DNA of 64,000 nucleotides. Source: Candidatus Krumholzibacteriia bacterium (GTDB lineage Bacteria; Krumholzibacteriota; Krumholzibacteriia; JAJRXK01). The notes under the pieces are model-generated. The model was not told the origin of the DNA, did not search any database, and saw only the letters and a program-made list of their open reading frames with translations. The DNA is taken from the NCBI GenBank assembly GCA_041484665.1, contig JBGPIA010000001.1, positions 960,001 to 1,024,000 of the forward strand. Direction: 5' to 3'. This document shows, one piece after another, positions 31,158 to 40,748 of the stretch. Both the position numbers and the translations under genes were made by a program. The stretch's first letter is position 1, and each line of letters opens with the position of its first letter.

Positions 31158-31922
31158 CTACTGGTAGAGCTCCTTGACCGCTCCAAACGAGGTCAGGTCG
31201 GTCGCAATCGCGGCTCCCGGCGTGATGGAGAAGCTGTCGACGCCCAGAGCATCGTCGGACCCCGTCGCGTCGAAGTCGTTCCAGCGGATCCAGAACGTGG
31301 CGCCGTTCGGGATGGCCAGGCTGCCGATGCTGGAGGAGACCAAGCTCCGGTTCGCGGCGGCGTTGCCGTCCAGCGCCCCCACCGTGGCAACGGTGACCGG
31401 CGCGGTGAAGTCGAGCGGATCGACGTCCGTCCACCTGCCGGTGGTGAGGCTGGTCGCGTCGAGGCTGTACTGGAAGTCGAGGCGATCGACACGGCGCGCG
31501 GCTCCCAGACGCCACTGCTCGCCCGTGTAGGCGATGGCCAGGGTGTTGATGACGTTGTTTGTGTTGTTGGTGAACGCCGCGCCGATCGTCGGGATCAGCG
31601 TCCCGCTCAGCAGCCCACCGAACGCGCGATCGGTGGCGGCGGCGGCGCCGAGACTGTAGGTGTCCCCAGTCGTCGAGGACCCGGTTCCGGCGGTGTAGGT
31701 CGCATTGGCGTTCGTCCCGGCCTCGCTGAAGGCCCAGCCCGCGGGGACGGCGGAGCTGGTTCCACTCGCGACGAGCGAGTCGAAGTTCTGGCTGTAGGGT
31801 GTGCCGATCGCCGTGAGGCTGATCTGCCCAAAGGCGCCGGTGGAGAGCAGGCTGATGCAAAGCAGAGTACCGAGCGCCGCCAGGGGCCACGCGCGCGGAC
31901 GTGCCGGTGTCAATGTCAACAT
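31158..31922 (-). CDS. Secreted Thr/Ser/Gly-rich beta-domain protein ending in a short putative sorting motif
   Basis: AAGGAGGT SD, signal peptide, YSQNFDSL...YTGEQWR...DRLDFQYS...IRWND domain, tail TDLTSFGAVKELYQ. Confidence 0.8.
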   Translation of the reverse strand: MLTLTPARPRAWPLAALGTLLCISLLSTGAFGQISLTAIGTPYSQNFDSLVASGTSSAVPAGWAFSEAGTNANATYTAGTGSSTTGDTYSLGAAAATDRAFGGLLSGTLIPTIGAAFTNNTNNVINTLAIAYTGEQWRLGAARRVDRLDFQYSLDATSLTTGRWTDVDPLDFTAPVTVATVGALDGNAAANRSLVSSSIGSLAIPNGATFWIRWNDFDATGSDDALGVDSFSITPGAAIATDLTSFGAVKELYQ

Positions 31923-32228
31923 TGGGACCTCCTTGATGGGGCGAACAAGCGAGCGGTGCGGGTGGGAGCCGAGTTGGAGTCTACTCTGCGGGAGGCGGCG
32001 CGGTAAACAGTCCCGAGGTCCGGCTGCCGACTTGGGGGCCGCCACGGCGCCACGCCGCAGCAGCACGGCATTGCGCGGCGCGCTCCCATGGACCAGCTTT
32101 CGGCCCATGACGACGGCACGCGCGAGCTTTGGAGCCGCGCGTCCGGATCACAGTTCCAGAGCGCGTCAATCGAGGCTCCGTCAGCCATGTTGGTCCGCGG
32201 ACGCCGCGAACGAAGGCAGGAAAGGGGA

Positions 32229-33368
32229 ATGACCGCGATGGCGAACAAGGCCGCCGACCTGGCCGGTCCGGGCATCGGCAATTACGAGGATCTCGACAAG
32301 ATCCTGCCCCGCAACTACCGCAGCCTGCTCGATCCCAAGGAGACGCAGCAGGCGATCTTCGCGGTGAAGGGCTACATCGAGGAGCACCTTTGCAAAGAGC
32401 TCAATCTGATGATGGTCCAGGTGCCGCTGATCGTGGACGTGCAGAGCGGCGTCAACGACATGTTGGACCGCGACGGCTCGCGCACGCCCATCCAGTTCCA
32501 CATCTCCAACGACCGCGACAAGCACCCGATCGACGCCCAGGTGGTCCAGGCGGCGACCAAATGGAAGCGCGTCGCCTTGAAGCAGCTCGGCATGAAGCCG
32601 GGCGAAGGGCTCTGCACCGACATGCGCGCGGTACGCAAGGACTACTTCCTCGACCACGACCACAGCGCGTACGTCGACCAGTGGGACTGGGAGAAGGTCA
32701 TCACGGCCGACCAGCGCAACCTGGACCTCCTGAAGGACACCGTGCGGAGGATCTGGAGGGTGATCAAGGGCGCCGAGCTGCATGCCCACGAGCTGTTCCC
32801 GAAACTGCGGACGCGCGAGGCCGCGGATCTGCCGGAGGAGCTCACCTTCCTCCACGCCGAGGAGATCCTCGAGCGCTTCCCGGATCTCCCGCGCAAAGCG
32901 CGCGAGACCGCCATCCTGCAGGAGTATCCAGCGGTCTTCATCATCGGCATCGGCTGGCCGCTCGCGGACGGCTACCCGCACGAGATGCGCGCTGCCGACT
33001 ACGATGACTGGCTCACCGAGACGAAGACGGCGGGCGGACGGCCGATGCACGGGCTCAATGGCGACATCCTGGTCTGGAATCCCGTGACCAGACGCCGCCA
33101 CGAGCTGACCTCGATGGGGATCCGGGTCAACGCGCAGACGCTGCGCAAGCAGCTCGAGATGAGCAAGCAGCTCGATTTCCTGAAGCTGCCCTACCACCAG
33201 GGCATCATCAAGAACGAGCTGCCTCTTTCCATCGGTGGCGGAATCGGCCAGTCGCGCACGCAGATGCTGCTGCTGCGCAAGGCCCATCTCGGCGAGGTGA
33301 GCGTCACGGTGTGGCCGAGGGTTCTCAAGGAGATGTGCGACAAGAAGAACATTCACGTGCTCGAGTAG
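32229..33368 (+). CDS. asnA: Aspartate--ammonia ligase
   Basis: KWKR, HSAYVDQWDWE, RAADYDDW, LNGDI, SMGIRV, SIGGGIGQSR; start could be 32238. Confidence 0.95.
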   Translation: MTAMANKAADLAGPGIGNYEDLDKILPRNYRSLLDPKETQQAIFAVKGYIEEHLCKELNLMMVQVPLIVDVQSGVNDMLDRDGSRTPIQFHISNDRDKHPIDAQVVQAATKWKRVALKQLGMKPGEGLCTDMRAVRKDYFLDHDHSAYVDQWDWEKVITADQRNLDLLKDTVRRIWRVIKGAELHAHELFPKLRTREAADLPEELTFLHAEEILERFPDLPRKARETAILQEYPAVFIIGIGWPLADGYPHEMRAADYDDWLTETKTAGGRPMHGLNGDILVWNPVTRRRHELTSMGIRVNAQTLRKQLEMSKQLDFLKLPYHQGIIKNELPLSIGGGIGQSRTQMLLLRKAHLGEVSVTVWPRVLKEMCDKKNIHVLE

Positions 33369-33392
33369 GAGCGCGGCCGACGCAATCCCATC

Positions 33393-33430
33393 CGCCCCGC
33401 GGGGTCTTTGCCTCGCGGGGCGCGCTTTTC
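33393..33430 (+). terminator. Intrinsic terminator after asnA
   Basis: CGCCCCGCGGGG-loop-CCTCGCGGGGCG followed by CTTTT. Confidence 0.65.
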
Positions 33431-33551
33431 GTGGAGCCGCAGAGCCACGCCGCCTTCGGGCCAAGCGGGGCTGCGGGGGCGAACGCCGGCACGCGTTGGC
33501 GCTGGGCGCCCGGGTCGCTCGGCTCCACCACAGCGGCCGGCGGAGAACGCC

Positions 33552-34385
33552 TCAGCGGCGTCTCGTCTGCGCCAGGATCCAGGCGGGCAACTCCTCCTCG
33601 CCAAAGGCCGCGTCCCAGCAGCCATGGTTGAGGTCGGGGTAGAGCGTCATGCGTGCCGCGCGCCGGTCACCTTGGCGCAAATTCCCTGGCAAGAGCCCTT
33701 CCCTCGCCTGCTTTTGGCGGATGCCCTCGACGATCTGCTGGGTGTCGCCGGGATCGACCACGTCGTCCTGCAACCCGTGGAACGCCCACACCGGAAGGTG
33801 CGCGACCCGCGGCGCCACGGTGCGGGCCCGGACGTAGCCGCACACCGGCACCAGGCACGACCAGATCTGCGGATGGCGGGCGGCGATCATCCAGGCGCCG
33901 TGCCCGCCTTGTGACATCCCCACCAGCGCCACCTGGTCGGGATCGATGCGATACGCGGCGCGCACGGCCCGCAGCGACTGCAGCACCAGGTCCTCGCGCT
34001 CCTCCCATTCCTCGTCCTGCGCCGGCTTCTGCGGCATGACGACCACGAACGGCCAGCGCTCGGGGTGCGCCAGGATCGTGGGTCCCAGGCCGACCTGGGT
34101 CGGCTTCGTGCCGTCGTCGCCACACTCGCCCGATCCGTGGAGGAATAGAATGCAGGGCCAGCTCCGTCGCGGGTCGTACTGCGGCGGAACGTACACCGCG
34201 TAGCGGCACGGTTGGTGGTGCACGGTGAGGCGGCGGACCACGAATCCCCCGGGTTGTTCGGCGGCGCGCTCCAGCACGGCACCTGTGCACGCCGCAAGCC
34301 CAAGGCAGAGCAGCGTCATCGCCGCGAGGGCCGTCCGCGCTCCGCCGTGTGGGGGAGGATGGGGTCGCAACGCACTCGCGGTCAC
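33552..34385 (-). CDS. Alpha/beta-hydrolase (esterase/peptidase-like), probable lipoprotein
   Basis: LFLHGSGE, GMSQGG, FHGLQDDVV, HGCW; LAAC lipobox; start uncertain. Confidence 0.85.
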   Translation of the reverse strand: MTASALRPHPPPHGGARTALAAMTLLCLGLAACTGAVLERAAEQPGGFVVRRLTVHHQPCRYAVYVPPQYDPRRSWPCILFLHGSGECGDDGTKPTQVGLGPTILAHPERWPFVVVMPQKPAQDEEWEEREDLVLQSLRAVRAAYRIDPDQVALVGMSQGGHGAWMIAARHPQIWSCLVPVCGYVRARTVAPRVAHLPVWAFHGLQDDVVDPGDTQQIVEGIRQKQAREGLLPGNLRQGDRRAARMTLYPDLNHGCWDAAFGEEELPAWILAQTRRR

Positions 34386-34416
34386 CGGGAACCGTCTGGC
34401 GCCGGACCGCCCGCGG

Positions 34417-35574
34417 TCATGGGTGCAATGCCGCGGCCGCCATCAACTCGCGCTCGCCCGCGCCCTGGCTCGCAGCCGCCACCCGCAGGATCGGCTCCCG
34501 CTCCGCGACCGGCACCACGCGCCATCCAGCGTGGTCGAACAACCCCAGGCGCCGTCCCGCCGGCCACTCGAGCTTCACGAACACGCTGCCGCGCGCCACG
34601 CCATCGGAATGGCCGTTCAGCGGCAGCGTGAGTGTCGCCCGCGCGCCGGCGCGTTCGATGCGCGCGAGCCCCACCGTCGCGCCGCCGGCGGCTGCGTGGA
34701 CCTCGATTGCCCCGACGCGGCGCCGCATCGACAGCCGCACGGAGCGGCCCATGCCGCCCTCGATCGCCACCAGCAGCGCTGAAGGAACCAGGCCCGCTCT
34801 CGGCGCGACGAGCTCGAGCACGAGCGTGCCGCGCTCGAGCCGGGCCCCCCGGATCGGATGCCGGGGGTCGAGGCCGGGGGGCGCGGCTGGGCGGGCAAAA
34901 CCCTCGGCGGAGCAGGCGAAGCCGAGCATGAAGCGCCTGCGCAGCACCAATTGCGAGGCATGGCACAAGATCGCGCGGCGCTTGGCCCGCACCTCCGCTG
35001 CGTCGAGCGCAATGCGCACGGCGGCGGTGTCGTGGCGGCCCCGGCCGCGGTGCACGACGTAGTGCAGCACCCTACAGCGCCCTGCCGGTAGGGCCACGCG
35101 CGAGAGGGCGAGCCGGCTCACGACCGCCAGCGCGTTGTGGTCGGGATGCAGATCATCGATCGAGGGCGCCAGCAACAGCGTGGGCCCAAAGCGCCGAATC
35201 TCCTCGGCGAGGCGATGGACCAGCGCCGGGTCCCCCGACAGCAGCAGATCGGTGAGGCCCTGGTCGGGGAAGGCCAAAAAGGCTGCCGCCGACTCTGGGA
35301 CACCGAGACACTGCAGCGCCGCGAGCGCCTCCTCGCGCCGGCGGCAGCCCCAGCGAGCACGATCGCGCCGGCCGATGCGCCAGCGCCGCTCCACGGCGCG
35401 TTGCGCCCACGGGTTGTTGTCGCCATCGGTGATGAAGACGACGCGCACGGCGGCGCCGACGGAGACCGCGCGCTGGAGCAGCCCGCCGGCCGGCAGCGTC
35501 TCGTCGTCCGGATGGGGAGCGAGAACGAGCACCCGGTCGCCGGGGGAGAGTCTGAGCAAGGTCGGCATGATCAT
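34417..35574 (-). CDS. PIG-L family deacetylase with C-terminal extension
   Basis: APHPDDE, ITDGD, RREEA, HPDH, CHASQ. Confidence 0.9.
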   Translation of the reverse strand: MIMPTLLRLSPGDRVLVLAPHPDDETLPAGGLLQRAVSVGAAVRVVFITDGDNNPWAQRAVERRWRIGRRDRARWGCRRREEALAALQCLGVPESAAAFLAFPDQGLTDLLLSGDPALVHRLAEEIRRFGPTLLLAPSIDDLHPDHNALAVVSRLALSRVALPAGRCRVLHYVVHRGRGRHDTAAVRIALDAAEVRAKRRAILCHASQLVLRRRFMLGFACSAEGFARPAAPPGLDPRHPIRGARLERGTLVLELVAPRAGLVPSALLVAIEGGMGRSVRLSMRRRVGAIEVHAAAGGATVGLARIERAGARATLTLPLNGHSDGVARGSVFVKLEWPAGRRLGLFDHAGWRVVPVAEREPILRVAAASQGAGERELMAAAALHP

Positions 35575-35660
35575 CGTGCGCCCAGTGTAACGCCCCGCGG
35601 CCTGGATCGAAAGCATCGGTGGAGCACCGACTGGCTAGAAAGCTGCCACTCCTCTGCGGA

Positions 35661-36806
35661 TCAGCCCCGCACGAGCGTCTCGACCGCCTCGGCCATGCGC
35701 TCCCACGAGTAGCGGAGCTTCTCGCGGGAAATGGCCGGCATGAAGCGCGCCTCCAGACCCTCGCGGAAATAGCGCACGATGGCCGCGGCCAGCGCCGCCG
35801 GATTGGCCGGCGGCACGACCAGGCCGGTGCGCTCGTGCTCCACCACCTCGGCCAGCCCGCCGACATCGGTGCAGATCACCGGGCGCTCGAGCTGCCAGGC
35901 GATGGGGACGATTCCGCTCTGCGTCGCCGAGCGGTAGGGCAGCACGACCACGTCGGCCGCGGAGAAATAGAGGCCGACCTGCTCGTTGGGAACGTAACCG
36001 TCGTGCAGGATCACTGCGTCCTGCAGGCCCAGGCGTGCCACGTGGCGCTCGCTGTCGGCCTTGCCCCCGTAGAACTCGCCCAAGATGAGCAGCTGCGCGG
36101 GCAGCTCGCGGCGCACCAGCGGGAGCGCGTCCAGCACGACATCGAGACCCTTGTACGGGCGCACGAAGCCGAAGAACAACAGCAATGGGGTCTCTGGATC
36201 GAGCCTCAGCTGCGCGCGCGCCGCGCGCTTCTCGATGCGCTCGCCGAACAGGTTGTACACGGGATGCGGCACCTCGAGGAAGCGGGCCGCCGGGGCCATG
36301 CGCAGGAGGTCGTCGCGCACCACGTTCGATTGCACGATGTAGGCGTCGACTCCGCCCATGAACCAACGGGTCAAGGCAGAGTCGAGCAGACGCCGCTCGT
36401 GCGGGATCAGGTTGTCGAGGATCGCGATCACCCGCGGCCGGTCGCCATCGAGGGGACGCGGGCGCGTGCGGCGCGCCCCGCGCGCGATCCATCCATACGC
36501 CGGCGCGAAGAACGGCATCCAGTACTTCAGCACCAGCCCGTCCGGACGCCACCGGCCCAGGTGCGCGATCGTCCGCTGCCACGACCACGGCCCGATCGAA
36601 TCGACCAGCGGCGTCGCGGGAAAGCGCAGCGGGTCCTCGCTGGTGTCGAGCTGGGTCTTCCCCGGGAACAGCAGCGAAGGATACTGGCGGGTGAAGGAGA
36701 TGAACTCGATCGCGTTGCGCTTGGACAGCTCGCGCGCCAGCAGCGCGTTGTACTGCGCGATCCCGCCGCGCATCGGCCACGCGGTGCCCAGCAGCGCGAT
36801 CCTCAC
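35661..36806 (-). CDS. Glycosyltransferase family 4
   Basis: PMRGGIAQY, FFGFVRPYKG, LPYRSATQSG, TDVGGLAE; GTGA overlap with the kinase stop. Confidence 0.92.
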   Translation of the reverse strand: MRIALLGTAWPMRGGIAQYNALLARELSKRNAIEFISFTRQYPSLLFPGKTQLDTSEDPLRFPATPLVDSIGPWSWQRTIAHLGRWRPDGLVLKYWMPFFAPAYGWIARGARRTRPRPLDGDRPRVIAILDNLIPHERRLLDSALTRWFMGGVDAYIVQSNVVRDDLLRMAPAARFLEVPHPVYNLFGERIEKRAARAQLRLDPETPLLLFFGFVRPYKGLDVVLDALPLVRRELPAQLLILGEFYGGKADSERHVARLGLQDAVILHDGYVPNEQVGLYFSAADVVVLPYRSATQSGIVPIAWQLERPVICTDVGGLAEVVEHERTGLVVPPANPAALAAAIVRYFREGLEARFMPAISREKLRYSWERMAEAVETLVRG

Positions 36807-37831
36807 TCCTGCGTCACCCAGGTCTGCAGCCCCCGCTCCTCGAACGCGAAGGGCACGATCGTGCCCCCCTCCGCCTCGAGCGCGCGTGCCACGCGGTGCT
36901 TGCGCTCGAATGGCGCCTGCACGAGCAGGAAGCCGCCGCCCCCGGCACCGAGGATCTTCCCGCCAACCGCACCTTCGCGCCGGGCGATCCCGTAGAGCGC
37001 GTCGATCTGGGCGGTGGAGATCCCGGAGTCGAGGTGCTTCTTCGCCTCCCACGCCAGGTGCAGCCGCTCGCCGAACTCGCGGATCCGGTCGCGCAGCAGC
37101 AAGGCCTTCATCTCCAACGTGAGCGCCTTCATCCGGTCGAGCGACGCCACGACCTCGGCGTTCCCCGCGCGGTAGCTGCGGGTCTGGTTCTCCACGATGT
37201 GGGCCGAGAGCCGCGTCGCGCCCGTGTAGCACAAGAGCAGCGCGTACTCCAACTCGTTGCGGGTGTCGGGGCGCAAACGCAGCGGATTGACCACCGTGTG
37301 GTCGGCGTGGAACTCCATGAAGTTGAAGCCGCCAAATGTCGCGGCGTACTGGTCCTGGCGGCCGCCCGCGATCCCCAGGTCGATCCGTTCGACCTTGTAG
37401 GTGAGCTCGGCGATCTCGTAGGGAGTGAGCGGCACGCGCAGCCACTCCGCGACGACGCCGCAGAGCGTCGTGACCATGGTCGACGAGGAGCCGAGTCCGC
37501 TGCCCGGCGGAGCATCCGAGTGCAGGAAGATGTCGCAGCCGCACGGCAGCGCCTGCCCGGCCTCGAACTGGAAGTGATTGAGAACGCCCTTCACCAAATC
37601 GAGCTCGCCATCGGCGGAGAGCCGCTTGCCCGCCGGGTAGCTGCGGGTCAGGTCGTAGTCCAGGGAGGTGATGTGGATCTCCTCGTCGGGCCGCGGGCGC
37701 AGCGAGGCGTAGGCGTACTTGTCGACGGTGGCGGAGAGGACGACTCCGCCCCGCTCCTCGGGATAGGGCGAGACGTCGGTCCCCCCGCCGCAGAAGCTGA
37801 TCCGCAGTGGCGCTTTGGCCCGGACGATCAT
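36803..37831 (-). CDS. GHMP sugar kinase, HddA-like (D-glycero-alpha-D-manno-heptose-7-phosphate kinase family)
   Basis: APLRISFCGGGTD, PPGSGLGSSS, GGRQDQY, GGKILGAGGGG. Confidence 0.88.
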   Translation of the reverse strand: MIVRAKAPLRISFCGGGTDVSPYPEERGGVVLSATVDKYAYASLRPRPDEEIHITSLDYDLTRSYPAGKRLSADGELDLVKGVLNHFQFEAGQALPCGCDIFLHSDAPPGSGLGSSSTMVTTLCGVVAEWLRVPLTPYEIAELTYKVERIDLGIAGGRQDQYAATFGGFNFMEFHADHTVVNPLRLRPDTRNELEYALLLCYTGATRLSAHIVENQTRSYRAGNAEVVASLDRMKALTLEMKALLLRDRIREFGERLHLAWEAKKHLDSGISTAQIDALYGIARREGAVGGKILGAGGGGFLLVQAPFERKHRVARALEAEGGTIVPFAFEERGLQTWVTQE

Positions 37832-37889
37832 GCCGATCTCCTCGTCGTTGGCGGGCGACGCTCGATCATGCGGGGCGCCGCCGGGCGGG

Positions 37890-38627
37890 TCAAGGCGCCG
37901 GGCCCTCGAACCATGCATCGTAGCGGCGGAACTCGTCCTGCGCGCGCGAGAGGCGCTCTGGAGTCCCGATGTCGCAGAAGAACCCGTCGCTGCGCACCGC
38001 GCGCAGGCGGTGCTCGCTCGCCAGCCGTGGAAGCAGCTCGCGCTCGAGGCTCCAGGCGCCTGTGGGCAGCTCGGCGAAGAAGCCGCGCGAGAGGGCGTAG
38101 ACGCCGCCGTTGATCCAGCCGGGTCCGGTCGTTCCCTTCTCGAGAAAGGCGATCACCCGATCGGCTGCATCGAGCTCGACGCCACCGTACGCCGCTCGCT
38201 CCGCCTGCCGAACTGCCAGCAGACTGAGACCATCGCCGCCCTGCGCCCTATGGAGCGAGAGGAGCGCTCGCAGATCGGCCTGCACGAAGGAGTCGGCGTT
38301 GAGGACGAGGTTCAGGTCAAAGGCGGACAGCCTCGCCCCCGCGATCGCTCCCCCCGTGCCGAGGGCACAGGACTCCTCTGTCCACGTAAAGACGGCGGGA
38401 TCGAAGCCCGAGAGGCGCGCCAGCTCGGGGAACGCAGCCCGCACCTCGTTCGCACCGAACCCCAGCAGAAAGTGGACGCGCGGGAAGCCCTGGCGGAAGA
38501 GAGCGCGCAGGACGTAGACCACGAAAGGACGTCCGGCCACCGGGACGATGGCCTTGGGCAGCGTCTGCGCCGGGCGGAGCCGAGTGCCGAGCCCTCCGCA
38601 GAGCAGGTGCACCTGGACTTCGTCCAT
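37890..38627 (-). CDS. Sugar-1-phosphate nucleotidyltransferase, HddC-like
   Basis: LCGGLGTRL, PK, LGTGGA, FLEK, INGGVY, DIGTPE; alternative leaderless ATG at 38663. Confidence 0.88.
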   Translation of the reverse strand: MDEVQVHLLCGGLGTRLRPAQTLPKAIVPVAGRPFVVYVLRALFRQGFPRVHFLLGFGANEVRAAFPELARLSGFDPAVFTWTEESCALGTGGAIAGARLSAFDLNLVLNADSFVQADLRALLSLHRAQGGDGLSLLAVRQAERAAYGGVELDAADRVIAFLEKGTTGPGWINGGVYALSRGFFAELPTGAWSLERELLPRLASEHRLRAVRSDGFFCDIGTPERLSRAQDEFRRYDAWFEGPAP

Positions 38628-38670
38628 CTTCACGGGAAGCCTCAGGGTACGCGCGCGGTGCATGTCCCGG

Positions 38671-38699
38671 ATTGTTCGGGCCGTCCGGGCCCGGGTCAA
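38671..38699 (-). promoter_or_regulatory. Sigma70-type promoter TTGACC-N17-AACAAT
   Basis: Hexamers at 38699-38694 and 38676-38671, facing the nucleotidyltransferase operon. Confidence 0.55.
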
Positions 38700-38726
38700 G
38701 CGGAGACGCCACTTGTCCGCAGGCCT

Positions 38727-38756
38727 TTGACAGTGCTGCTGGGCGGGGCCTATGAT
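38727..38756 (+). promoter_or_regulatory. Sigma70-type promoter TTGACA-N18-TATGAT
   Basis: Near-perfect consensus 15 nt upstream of the TMTC-like ATG. Confidence 0.7.
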
Positions 38757-38771
38757 CGCGGCGACCTGCCG

Positions 38772-40646
38772 ATGGCGCGAGCCCACCCCACCCCGCAGAC
38801 TTCCCCACCGCACGCTCCGGCGCAGGCATCCATTCGCGTGAGGCGACTCGCGCCGGCCCTGCTGGTCCTGCTCACGGCGCTCATCTACCTGCCGTCGATC
38901 GGGGGGGAGTTCGTCTGGGACGACCGCCAGCTGATCGAGACGAATGCGCAGGTCCAACAGATCGCCAGCCTGCCGCGGGCGTTCGTCACCGGTTTCATCA
39001 CCGACCCCGCGCTCAAGGCATCGTACTACCGGCCACTCGCCACCGTGTCGTACATGGTCGACTTCCTCCTCTGGCGCGATACGCCGCGCGGCTATCACGT
39101 GACCAATGTCGTGCTGCAGGCACTGGTGTGCCTGCTCGTCTACGCGGTCGCGCTGGTGCTCTTGCGCAACGTCTGGGCCGCGCTTTTCGCCGGAGCGCTC
39201 TTTGCGGCCCACCCTGTCCATAGCGAGAGCGTCGCATGGATCTCCGGACGGACCGACGTGCTGGCGGCGCTCATGCTTCTCCCCTCGTTCCTGTTCTACG
39301 CTCGCTACTGCGAGCGCGGTACGCAACGGCGGTGGCTGCTGCTCTCGTCGCTGTGCCTGTTCCTCGCGCTGTTGGCCAAGGAGACGGTGATCGTCTTCCC
39401 CGCGCTCTGGCTCGTCTTCGGCCTCGCGGTGGGCCGCCGCAAGCGCGCGCTCGCGCTGGACGCCGCGGGGCTGACCGCCGCCGCCGCCGCCTACCTCTTG
39501 CTGCGTCGCATCGTCGTCCTCGGGACGCTCGCGCCCGAAGTGGCGATTGCGGCCAGACACCGGATCCTGGCCGCGCCGGCGAATCTGCTCGAGGCGCTGC
39601 GCCTGCTGTACGTCTCCGGGATCGGCCGGCCCTACCACGGCCTGGCGTTCTCCATGTCGATGCCCGCGTGGCGCGTGGCTGCGTCGTGGGCGGCTTTGGC
39701 CGTGGGGCTGGCCGGCGCCCTTAGGCTCTGGCGCCGCAGCCGCCTCGCCACCTTTACCGTCGCCTGGGCCGTCGCCGGCGTGTGGCCGGTGCTCAATCTC
39801 ATCCAGCTGCCGCGCCTGATCCTCGCCGAGCGGCTGCTGTTCTTGGGCACCATCGGCGCCTGCCTGACCTACGGGCTCGCGGCCCGCGCCCTGCTGTCCA
39901 GAGCGGGCAAACGGGCCACCACCGCGCTGGGCGTCCTGGCGCTGGTCGCCGTAGGGGGTTGGTCGGCGTGCGCGGTGATCGGCGCGCGGCCCTGGCGCGA
40001 CGGCATCAGCCTCTGGACGGCCGTCTCACAGCTCGCCGATCGTCACGGCGGCGACGGCTTCTGGAGCTACGAGCGTGCCGAATACCACGCGAACCTCAGT
40101 CTGCTGCTGTACAACGCAAAGCGCTTCGACGAGGCCTTGCGCAGCGCGGTGGCGGCAACCAACATCCAGCCCCGGTATGCCGGAGGGCACCGCGCCGCCG
40201 GCATGGCACTGGGCGCGCTCGGCCGCATGGAGGAGTCGTTGCAGGAGCACCGCGTCGCGCTCGAGTTGGGGCCGAACCTCCCCGAGGTCCACAGCAGCTT
40301 CGGCGTCGAGCTGATCCGGTTCCACCGCTACGAGGAGGCCCTCGAGCAGCTGCGGATGGCAGCGCGGCTCGACCCGGCCGGCCCGGCGGCCTACCGCGCG
40401 ATGGGCTACGCCTACACTCACCTCGCGCGCTGGCCGGAAGCGGTCGACAGCTTCGGCCACGCGGTGCAGCTCTTGCCGGGCAGCCTGGCCGCGCGCGGCG
40501 AGTACGCGTCCGCACTGCTGGCGGCGGGGGAACGACAGCGGGCCATCGAGCAGCTCGAGCTCATCGCGCGCGAAGGGCGCGGCCGCCCCGAAGGGAGGAC
40601 GGCGCAGGAGCAGCTGGGAAGGCTCCGCGGGGGACCACCGCCCTAA
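38772..40646 (+). CDS. TMTC-like GT-C glycosyltransferase with C-terminal TPR repeats
   Basis: FVWDD, YYRPL, HPVHSESVAWISGRTD, LAKE, AER motifs, many TM helices, then TPR-like repeats. Confidence 0.88.
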   Translation: MARAHPTPQTSPPHAPAQASIRVRRLAPALLVLLTALIYLPSIGGEFVWDDRQLIETNAQVQQIASLPRAFVTGFITDPALKASYYRPLATVSYMVDFLLWRDTPRGYHVTNVVLQALVCLLVYAVALVLLRNVWAALFAGALFAAHPVHSESVAWISGRTDVLAALMLLPSFLFYARYCERGTQRRWLLLSSLCLFLALLAKETVIVFPALWLVFGLAVGRRKRALALDAAGLTAAAAAYLLLRRIVVLGTLAPEVAIAARHRILAAPANLLEALRLLYVSGIGRPYHGLAFSMSMPAWRVAASWAALAVGLAGALRLWRRSRLATFTVAWAVAGVWPVLNLIQLPRLILAERLLFLGTIGACLTYGLAARALLSRAGKRATTALGVLALVAVGGWSACAVIGARPWRDGISLWTAVSQLADRHGGDGFWSYERAEYHANLSLLLYNAKRFDEALRSAVAATNIQPRYAGGHRAAGMALGALGRMEESLQEHRVALELGPNLPEVHSSFGVELIRFHRYEEALEQLRMAARLDPAGPAAYRAMGYAYTHLARWPEAVDSFGHAVQLLPGSLAARGEYASALLAAGERQRAIEQLELIAREGRGRPEGRTAQEQLGRLRGGPPP

Positions 40647-40748
40647 GCGGTGGGCGCGCGTGCGTGGATCCGCCGCGGTGCGACCCGCGTCGCACCGTGT
40701 GGTAAGCTGCATCCCACGGCTCTTGCCACGAGCGAGGACGAACGCGCG

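Noticed and set aside
37815..38771. N-terminal 319 aa of the 943-aa ORF
   Set aside because: Antisense shadow of the nucleotidyltransferase; the promoter and homology place the start at 38772
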